Assembly (NCBI GenBank): GCA_964016885.1
Contig: OZ024741.1
Span: forward strand, 267,034,001 to 267,098,000
Reading direction: 5' to 3'
Origin: Eledone cirrhosa
Lineage: Eukaryota
Length of the DNA stretch: 64,000 nucleotides
The position numbers and the translations under genes were made by a program. Positions 57,286-64,000 of the stretch are shown here, piece by piece. The stretch's first letter is position 1. Each line of letters begins with the position of its first letter. The notes beneath the pieces were generated by a model, which worked only from the letters and a program-made list of their open reading frames with translations, had not been told where the DNA came from and did no database searches.

Positions 57286-58184
57286 ACTTCACTCCAAAAC
57301 AAATATTGGATATAAGTAAATTTGATGGGAACTTTATGCAGCGTGTGATGAAAATATTGGCAGACGACAGATTTGAAGTACTTAATTATCTTTTATTAGC
57401 ATTGAAAAGGCTTAATCTTGAAGAAGAATACAAGTGTGTGTTAGTACAGGCTGGATTGAAACATACATTCCAACATACATTGCAACACAACATACAAGGG
57501 GCCACTTCACAAAGAAATCACCGAGCTGATTCTCCAAGTACTTCACGAGAGATGAATGACCAGAAAAATAAGCTAAAATATTTCAATCAAACTACGAAAA
57601 GCTCAGAAAGTACTAAAAAAATCAATAATGTGCATGACCAGAGAGATGGGCTAATTAACACTGAAAAAGATGTGGAAACAATACCAGTGTCACAATATCA
57701 AACTTTTAATAATGAACCTACTGAAAGCAACTCCAATATTTCTGAAGATGAAGACAACAATATCAATACATCTGAACATCTTGAAAGCACCTCCAACGCT
57801 TCTGAAAACAACGATAGCTTCAATATAGCTGCAGAAATTATACCTACTCCGTCTGTGGTAGACCCTGAAAAAGATGTGGAAACAATACCAGTGTCACAAT
57901 ATCAAACTTTTAATAATGAACCTACTGAAAGCAACTCCAATATTTCTGAAGATGAAGACAACAATATCAATACATCTGAACATCTTGAAAGCACCTCCAA
58001 CGCTTCTGAAAACAACGATAGCTTCAATATACCTGCAGAAATTATACCTACTCCGTCTGTGGTAGACCAAGATGTGACTTCATATATCAATCCTGGACAG
58101 GAATTTAATGGGGTTGCAATACCTTCATTGATCATTGGTTGTGTGGTAGGTCTGATCCTGGGTAGATATATGTTTAGTCGCTGA
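57286..58184 (+). CDS. MAVS-like gene, last coding exon (Death-like C-part, acidic linker with 68-aa duplication, C-terminal TM anchor)
   Basis: Acceptor AAG, phase 1; FTPKQILDI..LNYLLLALKRLN; ends GVAIPSLIIGCVVGLILGRYMFSR*; AATAAA near 58277 and 58458. Confidence 0.85.
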
Positions 58185-58653
58185 TCCCAAGATATCACAT
58201 GAAAACTAAAAGGGGAAATCTATAAATGTATGTATATATTATTACATTTATATATGTATATATATGGAGCCTACAAAATAAACCAATCAGAAGGCTGATA
58301 CATCTACTACTAGAACTTAATAAGAAAAGAGATTTATGTGTCTGCTGGAATCACAACTGGGTGGTAATGCATTACCAGCAACATATCTCAATGATTGCAT
58401 AATTACACCTATGATTGCATAAGCATCTGATGAAGTCACATGCATAACCATATAACAAAATAAAGCAATAAAGCAATTATGGTGAAATGATTCTGTCTTT
58501 ACTTTTATTTGATAAATGAATACTTCGTCATTCTTAATCTTCAACTCTTAGGGGGGATAAACTACTGGCGTGAAGTACTTTTGGATCGATCAGATTGGCT
58601 TATCCTCAAGAAGTCACAACGTAGCAACCACATAGAAGCAACTTATCTTCTGC

Positions 58654-58706
<53 letters not shown>

Positions 58707-59165
58707 TATACACAGACACACATACACACAGAGAGGCATAGAAAGGTCCTCCCCAACATTCTCTAAAGTTCCCATCAGATACTTTGATAATCATGGTATA
58801 TCCAAAATATATTGGGCCTTAATAAATATTTTCAGAGTAACATTATCTCTGATTCTTGTTTTTTTCTTCCTTTTTTCCCACTCAACTTCTCCTCTCTTCT
58901 CTGAATATTTACAATGACATCTGAATTGTACCAACTTCCTAGATATAACCAATATTCATATTCCACAATGCATCAAGCAAAGTACAATACCCATATATAT
59001 ATATATATGTTAAAGTATTGTTCTCAAAATAAATAATATCAAAATTTCATAGATTCAATATTATGTGAGATAATTATGTAATAATAGTATATATAGAGTA
59101 ATGTAAATGCTAAAGGGTTTTAAATAAATGTACAAAGGACACAGAACTCCATAGTTATCGGCCAT

Positions 59166-59202
<37 letters not shown>

Positions 59203-59323
59203 AGGTGAGTTTTATTGTAGTACAATAAAGCAATGCAGATATCGGATAAGAAGCACTCTACAGTTTGTAGGACTGGAGTATACATAATATAAGATCAAAA
59301 GATGGTTAAAGGAGTTCCATGTA

Positions 59324-59390
59324 TTTTATTATGCACATTTCAAAAACAAACATCATCATGCAATAATATTTGTGTTTTCATCAGATAGAA
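59324..59390 (-). ncRNA. Minimal hammerhead ribozyme, family D
   Basis: TTCTAT-CTGATGA..GAAA-TGTGCA-TA-ATAAAA. Confidence 0.78.
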
Positions 59391-59507
59391 CAGGAGAATA
59401 TGATATGAAGGCTAAAAAACACTTGTGGATAGTGCAGTTTTAAGATATGTTGATTTAAAACTGCACTATCCACAAGTGTTTTTTAGCCTTCATATCATGT
59501 TCTCCTG

Positions 59508-59574
59508 TTTTATCTGATGAAAACACAAATATTATTGCATGATGATGTTTGTTTTTGAAATGCGCATAATAAAA
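59508..59574 (+). ncRNA. Minimal hammerhead ribozyme, family D
   Basis: TTTTAT-CTGATGA-AAAC..GTTTTT-GAAA-TGCGCA-TA-ATAAAA; palindromic stem III. Confidence 0.87.
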
Positions 59575-60169
59575 TACATGGAACTCCTTTAACCATCTTT
59601 TGATCTTATATTATATATATATATAGATATCTGTGTGTGTGTAAGTATGCACCCAAATACGTAAACACATATGGGTAGAATCATGTAAACACCTGAATGC
59701 ACATACACGATTTCTTCCGGATGGATAATGTGCTTGTAAGCAGGCCTATGTATAGGGTCCAGTGGCCTTCTCAGTTCAGTGTTGTGTGCCTAGTTCTATG
59801 TTAACTATTGTGTGCTTAGTTCCACTTCCGGTCAGCATGTTATTGCAAGCCACATTGGACACTGGAATAGTTCCTTTATTTTCCTCAGAAGAAGAGATAT
59901 TAATCTCAAAATATCAGGATATATGAATAAATTAAGGTAAAAAAAGACAAGTCCTGTTTATTTCGGTTTAATCATTCTCTGTCCAAACCCACATTGTCAT
60001 GGCTTTCAAACTTCAAATTCTTTATATATATATGTGATAGTTGATGACTTTCTTACTTATGATAAATATGTGCCATTGTCACCATGATGACCTCTAGAGT
60101 GGCTTTTATCTTTAGTCCTTCGTTAACCACCAATAGAACAGCAACAATGCTCAACTACATGCATTTTAT

Positions 60170-60800
60170 TGACATGTCAATTTATGCTTGACTTGGATCT
60201 GTATATTTTACCACACACAAGACAAGTTAACGCTGCATAATTTCCCTTCCCATGACTCTTTAAATGTCCTTTGTATCCAGCTTTGGACAGAAGAATCTGA
60301 ACACAAACTGGACACATCAACTTTTCTTTGGACAAGCTACCCTGATGTAGCTTAATATCATGCATTTTCTGTGCTGCCTTTTTCATTTTCTCATGCTCTA
60401 TATGCTTTAAATCATAATTCCTCACCCTTCCATACAGATTTTTTCTCCATAAAACCAAGCAGCTGTTTTCCAGTCATCCAATGCAACCGCCAATTGTTTC
60501 AAGTTGTTTTTTATGTTGTTTCAAAATTGCATCCTTAGCCTATATTTAGCTCTCCATACAACAGTTGTTTTGACCTCTCATTCTCAAGCTAAACAACAAG
60601 CCCAACCCAATACAAGCTACTTTTCCTCAAATGGGATTTTATGCTCATGCTCTAAGCACATTAAAGCACAACTGTATCAGATGTAAAGTTTGTCCATTTC
60701 ACTGCTGTAATCTATCTAAGGCAGTTCTTATGAAACCTTTCTAAAGTCCTTATGTGCTTTCTCTATACAAATGTGCAGGGAGAATGCATGCATTACACAG
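60170..60800 (-). mobile_element. Degenerate LINE (probably RTE) C-terminal fragment with C2H2-like fingers
   Basis: CPVCVQILLSKAGYKGHLKSH and CLVCGKIY in a decayed frame. Confidence 0.45.
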
Positions 60801-60859
60801 ATCTCCAACATTTCTAAAGGTTTCTACATTGGAGCTCAAATATCATTTTCTTTGTGTAT

Positions 60860-62450
60860 TTTGGGGTGCTGAACTCGAAAATGACAAAGTAATTGGGGGT
60901 TTAGGTCTAGTATTTTAGTTATGTGAGTTTATATATGATTTACAAATAAGAGATAATGACACACAAATGACACTCACGTCATGTTGATTACACAGTATTT
61001 CTTAGCCTGTCCCTTGTATTCAAGCTCTGGTGCATCTTGTAACTAACCAACAGTAATCTCCATTTACCCTCATGCCATTTTTCCATGGCTGCAATAACTT
61101 GGTGAAACCGCTTTCTGCATTCATTGCTCACTCCACAACTTGACAGGAAGAAATCCAAGTGTGAATAAAGAAAGTGGATCTTCAATGATGTATTACAACT
61201 CAGTTGCTGGTTGGAAAGCAGTAGATTTTGCACAAGTTCCTGGTAGTTGTCCACTCTGATTTCCTAGAAAATTCTGTGGCACCAGTCAAACATTATTCCA
61301 AGCTTTCTTTTTCCAAAAGAATTCAGTCAAATTCATTATCCTTTAAGATTTTATGAATTTGGGGATTGACTAACACACCTTTAATTTTTGCTTCACTTCA
61401 TTTTGGAAACCTCCTTTCAAGATACTGAAATGCCTGCCTGTCTTATCAAGACATTTAATGAAATTTTTCATCAACTCCTGTTGGATGTGGAATAGTGGCA
61501 GCAGTATTTTCTCATCATCTACAAGAGGCAGGTTCTGAACATCTTTTACCCCAGGTTCTTGTGACTTGCAACATGACCATGCTTGTGTAATAAGAATCTT
61601 TTGCAACAAAACAACAGTACTTTGTGTAGCCTGATTGTATTCCCACCAACAAAGCAATCACCTTTAAGTCACCAGAGATCTGTTACCTGTATTTATTACA
61701 ATTTATACAGATCAGAAATTCCCTGAAGTTCTTGAATGCCTCCTTCATATGTCCAGCCAGAATTGATGGTAGCTCATTGCTTATGTACAGTAAAACTTCT
61801 TTCAGGCTAACTTTGGATGACTCAATGAATAATCTCCACTGTTCTGGATGATGGTCAATGCATAAAGTCATCATAAGGCTATCGACATCAGTACATCCAA
61901 CAAGGTTACTCTTCTTTGTAAAAAAAAAATGGCTAAAATTTTTTATCACTATTTCCACATAAGCATACCCTGCTATCATCAGCAAGCAAATCATATTGCT
62001 GTATCTTTGTGACCAACAATTCCGCTTTATTTTTGACAACACTAAATCTCTGATGAGATCATTTAATTCACTTTGTCTCAGTTTGGATTGTTTGATGTTG
62101 AAGCTTCAAATTGTATTTCAAAGTCCTCTTCTTCATTCAATTCAAGGATTATTTCTGGAGGCACAAGTATAGGTAGTTCTTTGCTGGACAGTATTAGATG
62201 CCTGGCATAAGGAATATCAGGATAATCAACATTTCCTTTCCAAGCTGGTTGCACAATAAAGAAGTAACACTCATTTAAACAATTGGTTGACTCATGCCAA
62301 ACCATTGACACTGCAAAATGCAAAGATTTTCTTTTACTTTGCAACCATTGGCAAATGCTTTTTTCACAGATATGAGGCCCAACTCTTGTCTTGGTCACCC
62401 ACTTCACATACAAAATAATGATGATAGGCCCTTCTAACAATATTTGACAT
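60860..62450 (-). mobile_element. Chapaev3-like (CMC) DNA transposon, decayed transposase
   Basis: VWHESTNCLNECYFF, QWRLFIESSKVSLKEVLL, ILLPLFHI..LMKNFIK, KIHFLYSHLDFF..VSNE..RFHQ..ME. Confidence 0.78.
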
Positions 62451-62529
62451 TAACCCTAACCCCACCTTTTTATATTACTAAATCCCCCCAAATTCTTGAT
62501 TATTTTTGGAATTACTTGAAAATTGTAAG

Positions 62530-62668
62530 CAGTGTCTTTAATTAGAAATATGGCAATGAAAGAGTTAAACAAGATAGGGAGTGTCTTTCATTAGAAATAT
62601 GGTAATGAAAGGGTTAAAAAACATAGGGAGTGTCTTTCATTAGAAATATGGTAATGAAAAGGTTGAAA
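62530..62668. repeat. ~49-bp tandem repeat x3 ending in GAAAGGGTTAA
   Basis: AGTGTCTTTCATTAGAAATATGGTAATGAAAGGGTTAA units. Confidence 0.8.
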
Positions 62669-62839
62669 AAAACATTTGTTTCTTGTTAGAATAAGCTTTA
62701 TTCAGAGAAGAAATAAAAATAAAACAATAACAAACAAAAAGAGAAGAAAAAAAATATTATTAAAAAATTCAGGATTGGCAAAGGAGATCATATAAATCAA
62801 TCAATATTGGCAGATATAATCAATAACAATAATATTAAT

Positions 62840-63915
62840 GGTTTCTGATTTAGGCACAAGGCCAACAATTTTTGGGGGTAGGGGAAAGTCGATTAAATCA
62901 ACCCCAGTGCATTACTGGTACTTTATTTTATCACCTCTATAAGGATAAAAGGCAAAGCTAACCTCAATCGAATTTGCATTCAGAATGTAAAGGGCCATAA
63001 CTATATGCAGCAAAGCATGTTGTCCAACGCTCTACTGATTCTGCTAATCCACTGCCTTCATTACAATAGTAATAGTAATAATTGTTTCTACTTTAGGCAC
63101 AAGACCAGCAATTCACCAGTACATTACTGGTACTTTATTTTATCGACCCCGTAAGGATGAAAGGCAAAGTTAACCTCGGCGGGATTTGAACTCAGACTGT
63201 AAAGGGACATAACTATGCTAGAAAACATGGCGTCCAACCCTCTACCGATATTGCCAATTCACCGCCCTTAGTAATAGTAATAATAATAACATTATTAAAG
63301 ATTTCTAATTTAGGCACAAGGCCAGAAAAATATTTGGAGGGTGGGGGTGTCAATTGAAATCAACCCCAGTATCTGACTAGTACTTTATTTTATTGCCCCC
63401 CCCCCCCAAAAAAAAGGATGAAAGGCAAAGTAGACCTCAGCAGGATTTGAACTCTGAACATAAAGAGCTGGAACAAATGCCATAAAAGCATTTTGACCAA
63501 TGCTCTAACGATTTTGTCAAAATGGTGCCCTAATAATAATGGTTTCTGATTTAGGCACAAGGCGAGCAATTTGGGGAGAGGGGCAAAGTTTATTAAGTCG
63601 GCCCCAGTGCTAATTCACCACCCTAATAATTGTTTCTACTTTTAGCACAAGGCCAGCAATTATCCCAGTGTATTACTGGTACTTTATTTTATCGAATGAT
63701 TTCTAGTATAGGCACAAGGCCAGCAATTGGGGGGGGGGGATTGATTAAATCGACATCAGTACATTACTGGTGCTTTATTTTATCGGCCCCTTAAGGATGA
63801 AAGGCAAAGCTAACCTAGGTGGGATTTGAACTCAGAATGTAAAGTGCCGTAATTATATGCTGTAAAGCATGTTGTCCTGACACGCTACTATTTCTGCTAA
63901 TTCACGACCTTAATG
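62840..63915 (-). mobile_element. Head-to-tail cluster of ~4 full and 2 partial tRNA-derived SINEs
   Basis: Repeated TTAGGCACAAGGCCAGCAATT..GGATGAAAGGCAAAG..GATTTGAACTC, separated by (AAT)n. Confidence 0.8.
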
Positions 63916-64000
63916 ATAATAATAATAATAATAATATTGATAATAATGAAGTAGAAAAGCCAGTTGATAGAATAAACTCAGTTTATTAATGGTATTTATT

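Larger units (their letters stand above)
59201..59614 (-). mobile_element. Solo PLE 3' repeat (family D) with inverted 5' duplication
   Basis: Homologous to 20045-20292; palindrome arms 59284-59443/59455-59614; (TA)n on both sides. Confidence 0.85.

Noticed and set aside
57276-58184. Standalone 302-aa ORF starting at ATG 57276
   Set aside because: The ATG lies within the acceptor region; better explained as the last exon of the spliced gene.
58427-58500. CTGATGA in the 3' UTR (also 38089, 62050)
   Set aside because: No compatible stems or GAAA geometry; chance heptamers.

Overview
AT-rich metazoan DNA, most likely cephalopod (Octopus-like; inferred from the repeat repertoire). It is dominated by long (TA)n microsatellites with many decayed retroelements inserted into them: two or three CR1/L2-group LINEs, RTE and RTE-X LINEs, a Tx1/L1 fragment, at least six Penelope-like (PLE) RT/GIY-YIG fragments and tRNA-derived SINEs. 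hAT (Charlie-like) and Chapaev3-like transposase remnants are also present. Two signals are not visible in the ORF track. (1) About 18 type I hammerhead ribozyme (HHR) motifs from roughly 9-11 sequence families, read by eye on both strands. Most have short palindromic stem III. They sit in PLE 3' repeats, in ORF-less units of ~745/991 bp and ~436 bp present as more than one monomer (retrozyme-like), and in fold-back palindromes. (2) A phase-consistent 4-exon host gene on + (38747-58184, 427 aa) with CARD-like, Death-like, acidic duplicated linker and C-terminal transmembrane segments, i.e. a MAVS-like architecture. Its 16.5-kb intron 2 and its downstream region carry sense-strand ribozymes and long inverted repeats. 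Element boundaries are approximate; ribozyme and exon coordinates were counted by hand.
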